64,000 bases of DNA from Nitrospirota bacterium (GTDB lineage Bacteria > Nitrospirota > Thermodesulfovibrionia > Thermodesulfovibrionales > Dissulfurispiraceae): assembly GCA_037441185.1 (NCBI GenBank), contig JBBISP010000007.1, forward strand, positions 1 through 64,000. The letters run 5' to 3'. The notes beneath the pieces are model-generated. The model was not told the origin of the DNA and made no database searches. It saw only the letters and a list, made by a program, of their open reading frames with translations. Both the position numbers and the translations under genes were made by a program. How positions within the stretch are numbered: the stretch's first letter is position 1; every line of letters starts with the position of its first letter. Below, piece by piece: positions 36,793-47,498 of the stretch.

Positions 36793-39489
36793 ATGAAGAG
36801 TTTTGAAATAAGAAATTCTTTCTTAGAGTTTTTCAAATCAAAAGGCCATGAAATTGTTAAGAGTTCTTCTCTTATACCAAGGCATGATCCTACTCTGCTT
36901 TTTACCAATGCAGGTATGGTGCAGTTCAAATCAGTTTTTCTTGGTGAGGAAAAAAGATCTTATACAAGGGCTGTGTCATGCCAAAAGTGCATTAGGGCAG
37001 GAGGCAAGCATAGCGATATAGAAAATGTCGGACATACTGCGAGGCATCACACATTTTTTGAGATGCTCGGCAATTTCTCATTCGGCGACTACTTTAAGAA
37101 AGAAGCGATTTTGTTTGCATGGGAACTCTTCACAGAATGGTTTAAACTGCCAAAGGATAAGCTCTGGGTGTCTGTATATGAAGAAGATGATGAGGCTGCC
37201 AAATTGTGGATAGAGGTTGCAGGAATCCCTTCTGAAAGGATAGTGAGGCTTGGAGCAAAGGATAATTTTTGGCAGATGGCAGATGTAGGGCCATGCGGAC
37301 CATGCTCCGAAATAATACTTGATCAGGGTGAAGATATTGGATGCAAGAGTCCAGACTGCAGAGTTGGGTGCGACTGCGACAGGTATCTGGAGCTGTGGAA
37401 TCTTGTTTTCATGCAGTTTAACCGCGATGAATCAGGCAGCTTAACCTCCCTTCCAAAACCGAGCATAGATACAGGAATGGGGCTTGAAAGAATATCAGCA
37501 GTGCTTCAAGGCAAAAGAAACAATTTTGATTCCGACCTTTTTGAGCCTATTATTTCAGCCATTGAAGTTATAGTTAAAAAATCATACGGGAAAAGTCTTG
37601 AGGCCGATACATCAATACGGGTGATAGCCGACCATATAAGATCAATAGTCTTTTTACTGTCTGAAGAATTAATGCCATCAAATGAAGGAAGAGGGTATGT
37701 ATTGAGGCGAATTATAAGAAGGGCATCGAGGCATGCAAAACTATTGGGTCTTGATGGAGCCGGCTTATATAAATTAATTGATTCTGTCGCAGGTTCAATG
37801 GGCAACATCTATCCTGAATTAATTCAGGAAAAGGAAAGGGCATCAAAGGTTTTGATGTTTGAGGAGGAAAGATTTGTAAGGACCCTTGAACAGGGCATGA
37901 GAATTCTTGATGTTGTAGTTGATGAATTGAAAAAGAAGGGGGAAAATATCATCCCAGGCGAAGAGTTGTTTAAGCTTTATGATACATATGGATTTCCTCT
38001 GGACTTAGCAAGAGATATAGCAATGGATAACAACATGCTTATTAATGAGGACGGTTTTAATCGTGAGATGGAAATTCAGAGAGAAAGGGCAAGGGCATCG
38101 TGGGTCGGAGAAGAAGATGCTATTGCATCGATTTATAAAGAGCTTTTATCAGAGATAGGAGAGACAGTATTTGTCGGATATGACTCTATGGAATCCGAAT
38201 CTGTTATCAAGGCGATTGTCAAAAATGGGAAGATTATACCAGAGGCGTCAGAGGGCGAAGATGTTGAGATATTTCTTGACAGGACGCCGTTTTATGGTGA
38301 ATCAGGCGGACAGGTTGGGGATGTGGGGATTATTCAGAAGATAGAAGTCAGAGGTCAGAAGTCAGAAACTGAGGATTTCTTATCGTATGCTGAGATTATA
38401 GACACAAAAAAAGAGGTTGGTCTGCATGCCCATGTTGTCAGAATAAAGAAAGGGAACTTGAAGGTATGGGATAAGGTCAAGTGTATTATTGACAAGGATG
38501 GAAGGATGTCCACTGCAAGAAATCACACAGCAACACATCTGCTTCATACTGCGCTTAGAACAGTGATTGGAGAGCATGTCAAGCAGGCAGGTTCTCTTGT
38601 TTCTCCTGACAGGATGCGTTTTGATTTCACCCATTTTTATTCATTAGATAAAAAAGAGATAGACGCTATTGAAGATATAGTAAATGAAAAAATACTCGAA
38701 AATATAAGGGTCGAGACAGAGATTATGGATATACAGGATGCCTTGAAATCAGGTGTTATAGCGCTTTTTGGTGAGAAATACGAAGAAAAGGTTAGGGTGG
38801 TAAGAGTTCCTGATGTCAGCGCAGAACTCTGTGGAGGGACTCACTGCAGGGCAACAGGGGACATAGGACTTTTTACCATTGTCTCTGAAGGCAGTGTTGC
38901 TTCAGGGATAAGAAGAATAGAGGCTTTTACAGGGAAGGCTGCTTTTGATTATTTGCGACAGAGGAATAATGAATTTCAAAAAATATCGGAAGTTCTTAAA
39001 ACCAGCAGCCCTTATGAAAGAGTTGAAAAATTGCTCAGCGATATAAAGGAGCTTGATAAGGAAATGGAAGAGCTCAAAGCAAAAAGCGCTTCTATCAGTG
39101 CATTATCAGTAATAGAGAAGGCAAGGGATATTAATGGAGCTAAAGTTCTTGCATGCCGTGTTGATAATCTTGAGCAAAAAGATTTAAGAGTGCTTGCTGA
39201 TAACATAAGAGATAGGCTGGGTTCTTGCATAATAGTTATTGCATCGGCAAAAGATGGTCAGGCATCAATAATTGCAATGGTTACAAAAGATCTTGTAAAA
39301 AAATATAATGCAGGAGAAATCCTCAAAAAGGTTGCTGAACTATCAGAAGGCAAAGGAGGAGGAAAGGCTGATATGGCTCAGGGTGGAACAAAGGAGATAG
39401 AAAAACTGGACAAGGCGCTTCAAGCAGTGTATGATTTAGTAAAAAACAGAAGTCAGATGGCAGAAGACAGAGAACAGATAAAAGTCTGA
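36793..39489 (+). CDS. alaS: Alanine-tRNA ligase
   Basis: DPTLLFTNAGM, HHTFFEMLGNFSFGDYFK, DTGMGLER, HTATHLLH, ELCGGTH, GGGKADMAQGG. Confidence 0.99.
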   Translation: MKSFEIRNSFLEFFKSKGHEIVKSSSLIPRHDPTLLFTNAGMVQFKSVFLGEEKRSYTRAVSCQKCIRAGGKHSDIENVGHTARHHTFFEMLGNFSFGDYFKKEAILFAWELFTEWFKLPKDKLWVSVYEEDDEAAKLWIEVAGIPSERIVRLGAKDNFWQMADVGPCGPCSEIILDQGEDIGCKSPDCRVGCDCDRYLELWNLVFMQFNRDESGSLTSLPKPSIDTGMGLERISAVLQGKRNNFDSDLFEPIISAIEVIVKKSYGKSLEADTSIRVIADHIRSIVFLLSEELMPSNEGRGYVLRRIIRRASRHAKLLGLDGAGLYKLIDSVAGSMGNIYPELIQEKERASKVLMFEEERFVRTLEQGMRILDVVVDELKKKGENIIPGEELFKLYDTYGFPLDLARDIAMDNNMLINEDGFNREMEIQRERARASWVGEEDAIASIYKELLSEIGETVFVGYDSMESESVIKAIVKNGKIIPEASEGEDVEIFLDRTPFYGESGGQVGDVGIIQKIEVRGQKSETEDFLSYAEIIDTKKEVGLHAHVVRIKKGNLKVWDKVKCIIDKDGRMSTARNHTATHLLHTALRTVIGEHVKQAGSLVSPDRMRFDFTHFYSLDKKEIDAIEDIVNEKILENIRVETEIMDIQDALKSGVIALFGEKYEEKVRVVRVPDVSAELCGGTHCRATGDIGLFTIVSEGSVASGIRRIEAFTGKAAFDYLRQRNNEFQKISEVLKTSSPYERVEKLLSDIKELDKEMEELKAKSASISALSVIEKARDINGAKVLACRVDNLEQKDLRVLADNIRDRLGSCIIVIASAKDGQASIIAMVTKDLVKKYNAGEILKKVAELSEGKGGGKADMAQGGTKEIEKLDKALQAVYDLVKNRSQMAEDREQIKV

Positions 39490-39538
39490 CTTCTGTTTTC
39501 TGAAAGTCTGTATTCTGGTATTAATTAAGGAGGCGGTT

Positions 39539-39844
39539 ATGACACTATTTGATGTTGTAAGGAATGCTATTATGGCTGGCTTTGGAGTTCAAGAAAAGGT
39601 AAAAGAATTTATTGACGAACTTATTAAAAAGGGTGAGCTTAGCGAATCCCAGGGAGCTAAACTCATTAAGGAATGGACAGAAAGGGCTGATAAAACTTCA
39701 TCTGAGTTGGGGAAAATAATCTCTGATTCAGTAGCAAAGGCAGTCGAAAAAATAAGTATTGCGACAAAGGAAGATATAGAAAGACTTAATAAAGAGATAC
39801 AAAACATTTCTGAAAGAATCAAGAGACTGGAAGGCAGTGAATAG
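39539..39844 (+). CDS. Phasin-like protein
   Basis: AIMAGFG, IDELIKKGELSESQG, IATKEDIERL; precedes a UbiB-family gene. Confidence 0.75.
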   Translation: MTLFDVVRNAIMAGFGVQEKVKEFIDELIKKGELSESQGAKLIKEWTERADKTSSELGKIISDSVAKAVEKISIATKEDIERLNKEIQNISERIKRLEGSE

Positions 39845-39888
39845 TGAATAGTTATTAGTGGCTCAAAACCTTCACTGTTCACTAAATT

Positions 39889-41586
39889 ATGAAAATTTCT
39901 CATTTTGCCCGTACATATAAGTCTGCCAAAAGGCTACAGCAGATAATAAATGTATTTCTTAAATACGGCTTTGGACAGATTATTGATAAGATATATCTTG
40001 GCAGATACATCCCTTTTAAGAAAAGGTTAAAGGCCTTTGGGGCATGGCCAGCGCTTAAAGGTCCGACTGTTCCTGAAAGACTCAGAATAGCATTTGCTGA
40101 ATTAGGGCCTTCATTTATAAAACTCGCTCAGATTCTTTCCTCAAGGCCTGATTTAATTACAGTTCAATTTGCTAATGAATTTAAAAAACTTCAGGACGAA
40201 GTGCCTCCATTTCCTGCTTCGGAGGCCAGGAGGATAATCGAGGATGACCTAAAATTACCTCTTGACAAGATATTTAGCTATTTTGGCGAAATCCCAATTG
40301 CAGCGGCATCTATTGCACAGGTTCATAAAGCCACACTCTTTGACGGCTCCAATGTAGTGGTAAAGGTACAGAGACCTGATATTAAAGAGCAGATAGAATC
40401 AGATATAAATATCCTTTCTACAATTGCAAGACTTCTTGACAAGCATGTGCCAGAAAGCAGATTTTTTAATCCGGTGGGCATCGTAGAGGAGTTTTCAAGG
40501 ACTATAAGAAAGGAGATGGATTTTGTAGAGGAGGCAAGAAACTGCAACAGGTTTAGAAAAAATTTTCAAAGCAGTCCTGATGTATATATACCTAAAATTT
40601 ATTTGGAATATGCAACAGAAAAGGTGCTTGTGATGGAAATGATAGAGGGTGTAAGAATTGATGATATAGCTGTTATAGAGTTTATGGAACTTGACAGAAA
40701 AAGGCTTGCAAAGATTGGCGTGGGAGCTTATTTTAAGCAAGTGCTGGAAGATGGTTTTTTTCATGCAGACCCACATCCTGGCAATATCTTTGTTATGGGC
40801 ACAGAAAAAATTGCCTTTGTGGATTTTGGCATTGTTGGGAGGGTTTCTGATGAGCTAAAAGAGGCGATGGCAGATACATTTCTTGCCCTTATCAATAAGG
40901 ATTTTGATAGACTTATAGACCAATATATTGAACTTAGCATAGTTTCTGAGCATGTAGATATTGATGTCTTTAGAAGGGATTTTAAAGCTGACCTTATGGA
41001 TTTTTTAGAACCACTTTATGGCCTTACATTGAAAGATATAAATTTTGCGCAGTATTTTGACACACTTACCCATGTGGCTATCAGGCATAATCTCAGGATA
41101 CCTTCAGACCTGCTTTTGATTAATAAGGCATTGCTTATTTTAGAAAATATAGGCAGACAACTTGACCCTGCTTTTGACTTTATTGCAGAAGCAGAACCCT
41201 ATGCCTCCAAAATAATCAGGAAGAGAGTAAGTCCTTCGAGATTTTATGATAGGGCAAGAAAAAATATAATGGAGATAGGCGATTTTGCATTTCTACTACC
41301 GAGACAGCTCAAACAGATAATTAAAAAGACGCTGAAAGACGATATCCAAGTAAAGATGTTTCATGTAAACCTGCCTGAGTTCATAAAGGATATGGACAAG
41401 TCAAGCAACAGGCTTGCCTTTGCCCTGATTGTGAGCGCCATGCTTATAAGTTCTGCAATAATGCATGCGACAAAGGTTCCTCCTCTCATATTCGGCTTTT
41501 CCCTTTTTGGCATTTCTGCCTTTGGTTTTGCCTTTTTTTTAGGAATCTGGCTCATTATTTCGATAATACGTTCTGGAAGGTTGTAA
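39889..41586 (+). CDS. AarF/ABC1/UbiB kinase family protein
   Basis: LGPSFIKLAQ, LQDEVPP, AAASIAQVH, VKVQRP, FFHADPHPGN, DFGIVG. Confidence 0.93.
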   Translation: MKISHFARTYKSAKRLQQIINVFLKYGFGQIIDKIYLGRYIPFKKRLKAFGAWPALKGPTVPERLRIAFAELGPSFIKLAQILSSRPDLITVQFANEFKKLQDEVPPFPASEARRIIEDDLKLPLDKIFSYFGEIPIAAASIAQVHKATLFDGSNVVVKVQRPDIKEQIESDINILSTIARLLDKHVPESRFFNPVGIVEEFSRTIRKEMDFVEEARNCNRFRKNFQSSPDVYIPKIYLEYATEKVLVMEMIEGVRIDDIAVIEFMELDRKRLAKIGVGAYFKQVLEDGFFHADPHPGNIFVMGTEKIAFVDFGIVGRVSDELKEAMADTFLALINKDFDRLIDQYIELSIVSEHVDIDVFRRDFKADLMDFLEPLYGLTLKDINFAQYFDTLTHVAIRHNLRIPSDLLLINKALLILENIGRQLDPAFDFIAEAEPYASKIIRKRVSPSRFYDRARKNIMEIGDFAFLLPRQLKQIIKKTLKDDIQVKMFHVNLPEFIKDMDKSSNRLAFALIVSAMLISSAIMHATKVPPLIFGFSLFGISAFGFAFFLGIWLIISIIRSGRL

Positions 41587-41610
41587 AATCTCATGATATA
41601 CTATAATTAC

Positions 41611-41676
41611 ATGTAGATTACCTGTGAAACAAAGTATGCAGTAAGGCGCATCCTCTATATGGCTGAATCGCCGGAG
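41611..41676 (+). pseudogene. Relic of an Rrf2-family regulator N-terminus
   Basis: M*ITCETKYAVRRILYMAESPE resembles MxITRETDYAxRxxLYLA; TAG at codon 2. Confidence 0.5.
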
Positions 41677-41705
41677 TTTTTACCTTAGATCAGAAAGGAG
41701 CAATC

Positions 41706-42191
41706 ATGAAATTAGGCATTTATCCCGGAACATTCGATCCACTGACAAATGGGCATCTTGACCTCATTGAGAGGGGATTAAGGATATTTGATGAAATAAT
41801 TGTAGCTGTCGCTCCCAGCCCAAAAAAACAGCCCCTTTTCACACTCGAAGAGAGGTTGAGGATCATAGGGGAGGCGGTTAAAGATTGCAAGAATGTAAGA
41901 ATAGAGGCATTTAATGGACTACTTGTAGATTATGTTAGAGAAGGAGGCGGAATAGCAATTATAAGGGGTCTGAGGGCAGTATCAGACTTTGAGTATGAAC
42001 TCCAAATGGCGCTTATGAACAGAAGGCTTGATATGAATATAGAAACAGTTTTTATGATGCCCTCGGAGGAGTATTCTTTTCTTACATCCACTATTATCAA
42101 AGAAGTAGCATCCTTTGGAGGTTCTGTGAAAGGGCTTGTGCCCGAAGCTGTTGAAAAAGCATTAAAGAAAAAATTTAAGATATTGGATTAA
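41706..42191 (+). CDS. coaD: Phosphopantetheine adenylyltransferase
   Basis: YPGTFDPLTNGHLD, IRGLRAVSDFEYELQMALMNR. Confidence 0.97.
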   Translation: MKLGIYPGTFDPLTNGHLDLIERGLRIFDEIIVAVAPSPKKQPLFTLEERLRIIGEAVKDCKNVRIEAFNGLLVDYVREGGGIAIIRGLRAVSDFEYELQMALMNRRLDMNIETVFMMPSEEYSFLTSTIIKEVASFGGSVKGLVPEAVEKALKKKFKILD

Positions 42192-42215
42192 AGGTTGCAG
42201 CCTTTATATTGGGCA

Positions 42216-43448
42216 TTATTTAATCTTGCCAAGCATTTTGATAAATGCCTTTAAGATTTCAGGGTCATAATCGCCTGTTTCTTTTGAAACAATAGATAAC
42301 GCATAAAATGGTGTAAATGCAGGCTTATAAGGCCTCTGAGTTGTTAAGGCATCATAGCAGTCTGAAATTGCAGCTATCCTACCGAAGAGCTTTATTTCGT
42401 CTCCCTGCAGCCCCATAGGATAACCTTTTCCTGTCAGTTTTTCGTGATGCTGCAGTACTGCGTAAAATGACTCCTCTGGCATATCTTTATGTTCTCTAAG
42501 AATCCTCTCACCCTCTATAACATGGTTTTTAATAGTTTGGTATTCAGCGCCATTGAGTTTTCCCTGCTTATTTAATACTTCATGAGGAATGATGCTTTTG
42601 CCGATATCATGCAGCAAAGCTCCCATTCCCAGCTTTTCTACATCTTTTCTTTTCATATCAATTGCCACCCCCATACTGATAGAAAGTGCGCCTACATTGA
42701 CAGAATGTGTATATGTATAATAATCATAACCTCTCAGAGTCAACAGATCATATATGGCATCTCTGTTTTCCATTATACAGTCAATCATGCCGTTGACCAT
42801 GTCATTAGATTTCTTTATAGTTTCTCCGCTCCTTGGGTCATCGAGAAGATCTTTTACGACTATCTTTGAGTTTTCCTTAAGCGCTATTGCCTTTATATGC
42901 AGCATTTTTCCGCCAGAGATATCGCCGCTTCTCAATAAATTATTAATATATTCGTAATATAGTGGGACATCAGATTTTTTTATTACAATATCTCCTATTA
43001 GGATAGATATATTTTCTTTAATTTTGGATGGTGACTTTTCTGATGCCTCGACAATTGTGCTGAAATTGAAACTGCTAAGCAAAAACAGAGAGAAGTTTAT
43101 TTCCTTGCCAGGCTGTAATATATTTTTGTCTATTTGATGGTGTTCTTCTTTGCAGAAGGAATATTCTTTGAAAAAAACAAAATTATTATAAATCTGTTTT
43201 TTTGACAGGTAATAATCAAATAGTGAACTGTTTTTTCTTTCTACAAAAACTTCTGAAATGCCTTTTTCTCTAAGAACCTGTTTTGATACATTGGTAAATG
43301 TCATTTCCTTATTGAACATAGTTATCATGATGCCCTTGTCTTTAATATATATATCGCATGGAAGACATGTTCCCACAACAAGTTTATCAACATCTATAGC
43401 AATATATGGTTCGTCTTTTACTTCAATTATGTGTCGTCTGATGATCAT
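42216..43448 (-). CDS. HD-GYP domain phosphodiesterase
   Basis: YTYTHSVNV, LLHDIGK, QHHEKLTGKGYP, DALTTQRPYK. Confidence 0.92.
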   Translation of the reverse strand: MIIRRHIIEVKDEPYIAIDVDKLVVGTCLPCDIYIKDKGIMITMFNKEMTFTNVSKQVLREKGISEVFVERKNSSLFDYYLSKKQIYNNFVFFKEYSFCKEEHHQIDKNILQPGKEINFSLFLLSSFNFSTIVEASEKSPSKIKENISILIGDIVIKKSDVPLYYEYINNLLRSGDISGGKMLHIKAIALKENSKIVVKDLLDDPRSGETIKKSNDMVNGMIDCIMENRDAIYDLLTLRGYDYYTYTHSVNVGALSISMGVAIDMKRKDVEKLGMGALLHDIGKSIIPHEVLNKQGKLNGAEYQTIKNHVIEGERILREHKDMPEESFYAVLQHHEKLTGKGYPMGLQGDEIKLFGRIAAISDCYDALTTQRPYKPAFTPFYALSIVSKETGDYDPEILKAFIKMLGKIK

Positions 43449-43575
43449 GTTTAATTAAAAATTATTCTATCACATTACCATCTAAAATAATCCATTTAAG
43501 GCTTATGGCTTAATTTCTTTATCAAAGAAACTACCTTGATTTATTTTGGATATATACTTTGGTTATACTTTAATA

Positions 43576-44418
43576 ATGCTTTATATACTCATCTCCATAT
43601 TCCTCTGGAGTTCCCTTGGCATTGTCATAAAGTTCTCAGGCATGCCTGTGCATGTTTTAATGTTCTTTTCCTGCATTATATCAGTCTCAATAATTGGCTT
43701 AATTCTTTCAAAAAAAGAATTCAGAAAGGATATTCCTAAAGGAAAGGGCATTTTGAGTCTCTCTGCGCTCGCTGTAATAAGTCTGATCAATACATTTTCT
43801 TTTTTCTATGCGTATAAGAATACATCCATTGCCAATGCGGTTTTAACACACTATACTGCGCCTGTTATGGTTGCCTTTTTAGCCCCCTTTTTTTTAAAGG
43901 AGAAATTGACGATTAGAATTTTATCAGCCATTGCCATTGCAACTGCTGGTTTATTGATTATGCTCAGCATTTCTGTTAGTCAATTTTATAATCTTTTGCT
44001 CGCAGGAGATAAAAACACAGCAGGTATCTTTGCAGGACTCTTTTCTGGGTTTGCTTATGCAATACTGATAATTGTCATAAGGATATTAGCTCAGAGCCTT
44101 AATCCAATTGTAATGATATTTTTTCAGAATTTAATAATCGCTCTTATTCTTTTGCCTTTTGTTAAGCTGCCTGAAAATTTTAGCTCAGCGCTGTGGGCAT
44201 TTGCTGTAATGGGCGTTGTTCATTCAACCATAGCGCCGGTGCTTTATTTCAGGGGAATGAGGGATGTTACTGCCAATAAAACTGCCATATTAGGCTATCT
44301 TGAGCCTGTCTGTGCAATTATTTTGGGCATAATATTTTTGAAGGAAGCAGTGGATTATAAGACAATAATCGGAGGCGCTATGATACTTTTTTCAGGATAT
44401 ATTACAATTAAGAGGTAA
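43576..44418 (+). CDS. DMT/EamA family transporter
   Basis: About 10 TM helices, HYTAPVMV, YLEPVCAIILG; ATG 43576 lies 6 nt after TATACT. Confidence 0.88.
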   Translation: MLYILISIFLWSSLGIVIKFSGMPVHVLMFFSCIISVSIIGLILSKKEFRKDIPKGKGILSLSALAVISLINTFSFFYAYKNTSIANAVLTHYTAPVMVAFLAPFFLKEKLTIRILSAIAIATAGLLIMLSISVSQFYNLLLAGDKNTAGIFAGLFSGFAYAILIIVIRILAQSLNPIVMIFFQNLIIALILLPFVKLPENFSSALWAFAVMGVVHSTIAPVLYFRGMRDVTANKTAILGYLEPVCAIILGIIFLKEAVDYKTIIGGAMILFSGYITIKR

Positions 44419-44430
44419 ATGTATAAATAC

Positions 44431-45654
44431 TTATGACTTTATAATATTTACAGGTTGTATAGTTGTTGCCTTTTTTGAAGGATATATCCCTGCTAATATA
44501 CCGATTGCCACAGAGGCTGCAAAAGACAATAAAATGCCTGTCAAAGATATTGTAAATGGCAGTTTAGATGCCTGAAAAATAATTATGCTTGCAATAAAGC
44601 CAACGATAACTCCTACTATTCCGCCGCTAAGGGATATGAATGAAGACTCCATAAGAAACTGAAGAATTATATCCCTTTTTCTTGAACCAACTGCTCTTCT
44701 GATGCCGATCTCAACTTTTCTTTCATTTACAATGAGGATCATTATGGATAATATTCCAATACCTCCGATTAAAAAAGAGACCATTGCTGCTATCCTGCCT
44801 AAAACATTTATCATATGAGTGGCCTGTGCTTTTAGGGCAGTCACATCCTTGAGGTCTATTACCATAAAATCATCTTTTTGATTTTTAGTTATCTTATGCA
44901 TTTTTCTTAGTATGTTTTCTATTTCGACCTTTGCATCTGTCATTAATTTATCATCAACTACCTGAACATAGATAGTGTTAACAAAATTTTTGTTTACGAA
45001 CCTCCTGAGATAAGTGTTAAGCGGGATAAATATCTGATTATCCTGATCAACGCCAGAAATATCAGCACCTTTTTCATCCATTACTCCAACCACCTGGCAT
45101 GGAACTCTGAAGATCAGAATATGCTTTCCAATAGGATTTTCATTGCCAAAGAGTTTTTCAGCAACCCTTGCTCCAAGCACCGCAACCTTATTTAGATTAT
45201 CGTTGTCCATCTCTGTTATGAAACGGCCTTCTTTTACAGGATGATTTCTGATTTCTGTATAGTTTGAGCTTGCGCCTATTATAAGAACCGATGAAAGCGT
45301 TATATTTGTATATCTGACAGGAAATGTTTTATTGGTTGACGGCGATGCATCATTTGCAAACATGGATCCATTAACAATAGCCTCTGCATCTTTGACTGTC
45401 AGGGTAGTGGCTTCACTCATAAGCCTTGTGCCTGCTACAAGCTGCCTTACAATACCGCTTCTTACGATTAAAAGATTCTTCCCAAGATTTTCTATCTCCA
45501 ACTCTGTTTTTTTTGATAAAGAGCCTGATAGGTTGGATACAACAATAAGGGAAAAAGTGCCCAAGAAAACCCCAAACACAGCAAGCAAAGTTCGCAGTCT
45601 GAAGTTGCATAAAGAACGCCATGCTATTTTAAGATTTAAACTTATCCGTTTCAT
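44431..45654 (-). CDS. ABC transporter permease (MacB/FtsX-like)
   Basis: GGIGILSIM, ERKVEIGIRRAVG, GIYPSKKA. Confidence 0.9.
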   Translation of the reverse strand: MKRISLNLKIAWRSLCNFRLRTLLAVFGVFLGTFSLIVVSNLSGSLSKKTELEIENLGKNLLIVRSGIVRQLVAGTRLMSEATTLTVKDAEAIVNGSMFANDASPSTNKTFPVRYTNITLSSVLIIGASSNYTEIRNHPVKEGRFITEMDNDNLNKVAVLGARVAEKLFGNENPIGKHILIFRVPCQVVGVMDEKGADISGVDQDNQIFIPLNTYLRRFVNKNFVNTIYVQVVDDKLMTDAKVEIENILRKMHKITKNQKDDFMVIDLKDVTALKAQATHMINVLGRIAAMVSFLIGGIGILSIMILIVNERKVEIGIRRAVGSRKRDIILQFLMESSFISLSGGIVGVIVGFIASIIIFQASKLPFTISLTGILLSFAASVAIGILAGIYPSKKATTIQPVNIIKS

Positions 45655-45673
45655 TACTCAAATACTCTTAACT

Positions 45674-46888
45674 CTATCCTCTTATAGCTTCGATAGGTTT
45701 CAAATTTGCAGCCCTTTGTGCAGGCTGTAGCCCGAAGCCTATTCCTACTGCCCATGAAAGGAGCAGTCCTACTGCAAATGCCTTCCATGAAAAATGTATT
45801 GGAAACTCGGCTATCAGCATAAGAAGTTTTGAAGAAATCACTCCAAGTAGAAATCCGAACAGTCCGCCTGCTGTTGTCAGTATTATAGATTCGCTTAAAA
45901 ACTGGAAAAGTATGTCGCTTTTTTTTGCTCCTGCTGCTCTTCTTATTCCTATCTCTGCTGTGCGCTCTTTAACAGACAATAAAAATAAATTTGCAAGAAC
46001 AAAACCTGCAACTATCAGCGATATTATTCCTGTAAATCCAAGAAAGAACACAAGCGAACCAGTAAGGGCAACGAGAAACTTTACTATCTCTTTTGGAGAG
46101 ACAATTCTGAAATCATCCGGCTCCTCATCTGGAATTTTGTGCCTCTGCCTAAGGAAGGATCTCAATTCATCTGCATTGCGATAAAGATTTTCCTGATCTA
46201 TAAATCTTATTCTGAATGCTGATATATATATAGTCTCATTCTGTATCTTTCTCATTACAGTGGTTAGCGGAATAATTATTCTGTCATCAAGATTCTGCCC
46301 TGTTGGAGAGGTGCCTCTTTCAGAAAGCACTCCAACTATCTGGACAGGTATGCCTTTAACAAGGATATATTTGCCGACAGGGTCTTCGCTTCCGAATAAC
46401 TCTTTGAAAAGATACTGACCTATGAGTCCCACATTTCTTAATCCTTTTACATCCTCTTCTGTAAAGTCAGAACCCTGTATAACAGGCCATGTCCAGACGC
46501 GGCTGTAATCGCTTGTTGAGCCTATTACGAGGGTTTGATATTTTTTGTCTTTATATGAAACAGTGACGCCTCCGACAGATGTCATTGGAACTACAAGGTA
46601 AGCGTTTGAAAAGGATTGTTTTACAGCATCTATATCCTCAAGGGTTAGTGTTTTTTGCCTCAGACCAATTGCCCGCGCCTCTTCGCCGCCGCCAAATATA
46701 AGCAGCGAATCAGGGCCAAACCTTGCCACTATCTCAAATGCCTTTTTATAAGCCCCCTCTGTAGCAGCGACAATTACGGTAATGGACGCTATTCCGAGGG
46801 CTATGCTTATCAGGCAGAAAAATGTTCTAAGTTTAAAGGCTTTTACAGCCCTAAATGATTGCGATATGGTCTTAAGAAATCGATCCAT
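45674..46888 (-). CDS. ABC transporter permease (MacB/FtsX-like)
   Basis: SIALGIAS, ERTAEIGIRRAAGA, GLQPAQRAANLKPIEA. Confidence 0.9.
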   Translation of the reverse strand: MDRFLKTISQSFRAVKAFKLRTFFCLISIALGIASITVIVAATEGAYKKAFEIVARFGPDSLLIFGGGEEARAIGLRQKTLTLEDIDAVKQSFSNAYLVVPMTSVGGVTVSYKDKKYQTLVIGSTSDYSRVWTWPVIQGSDFTEEDVKGLRNVGLIGQYLFKELFGSEDPVGKYILVKGIPVQIVGVLSERGTSPTGQNLDDRIIIPLTTVMRKIQNETIYISAFRIRFIDQENLYRNADELRSFLRQRHKIPDEEPDDFRIVSPKEIVKFLVALTGSLVFFLGFTGIISLIVAGFVLANLFLLSVKERTAEIGIRRAAGAKKSDILFQFLSESIILTTAGGLFGFLLGVISSKLLMLIAEFPIHFSWKAFAVGLLLSWAVGIGFGLQPAQRAANLKPIEAIRG

Positions 46889-47060
46889 ATAATTTACTAT
46901 AACCTAAATTGAGCGATTCTATACAGGTCAGTGCATAAATTTATTTTAGTGTCAGGTTGCCTTGATTTAAGGACATTGATTTAAAGACATTTTATTTGTG
47001 ATAATAATATTTAGATTGAAATGCATGATTAAAGCTTAAACAGACATTCAGGAGGGCAAA

Positions 47061-47489
47061 ATGATATTTAAAAATATTTCAGTATATGATAAAAGGGGTT
47101 TTACTCTTGTAGAGCTTCTTGTTGTTATGGTAATAATCGGTCTTCTTGCGGCGCTTGTGGGACCAAGGCTTTTCCCAAAACTCGGCAAGGGCAAGCAGGC
47201 AGCAGCAAAGGCTCAGATTGAACTCCTCGGCCAGGCACTTGACCAGTTTAGACTTGACACTGGGATATACCCTTCAACGCAAGAAGGTCTGAATGCCCTT
47301 TCAGTAAATCCAGGCATTGAGAAGTGGGATGGTCCATATCTTAGAAAAGGTCTTCCTCAAGATCCATGGGACAGACCATATCAATATCAGTCCCCAGGAA
47401 ATCATGGAGAATACGATCTATTTTCTTATGGCAGAGATGGTTCCCCTGGCGGTGAGGGCGAAGATCAAGATGTAGCGAGTTGGGAGTGA
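47061..47489 (+). CDS. gspG: Type II secretion major pseudopilin GspG
   Basis: RGFTLVELLVV, YPSTQEGL, WDGPYL, DPWDRPYQY. Confidence 0.95.
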   Translation: MIFKNISVYDKRGFTLVELLVVMVIIGLLAALVGPRLFPKLGKGKQAAAKAQIELLGQALDQFRLDTGIYPSTQEGLNALSVNPGIEKWDGPYLRKGLPQDPWDRPYQYQSPGNHGEYDLFSYGRDGSPGGEGEDQDVASWE

Positions 47490-47498
47490 TCTAAATTG

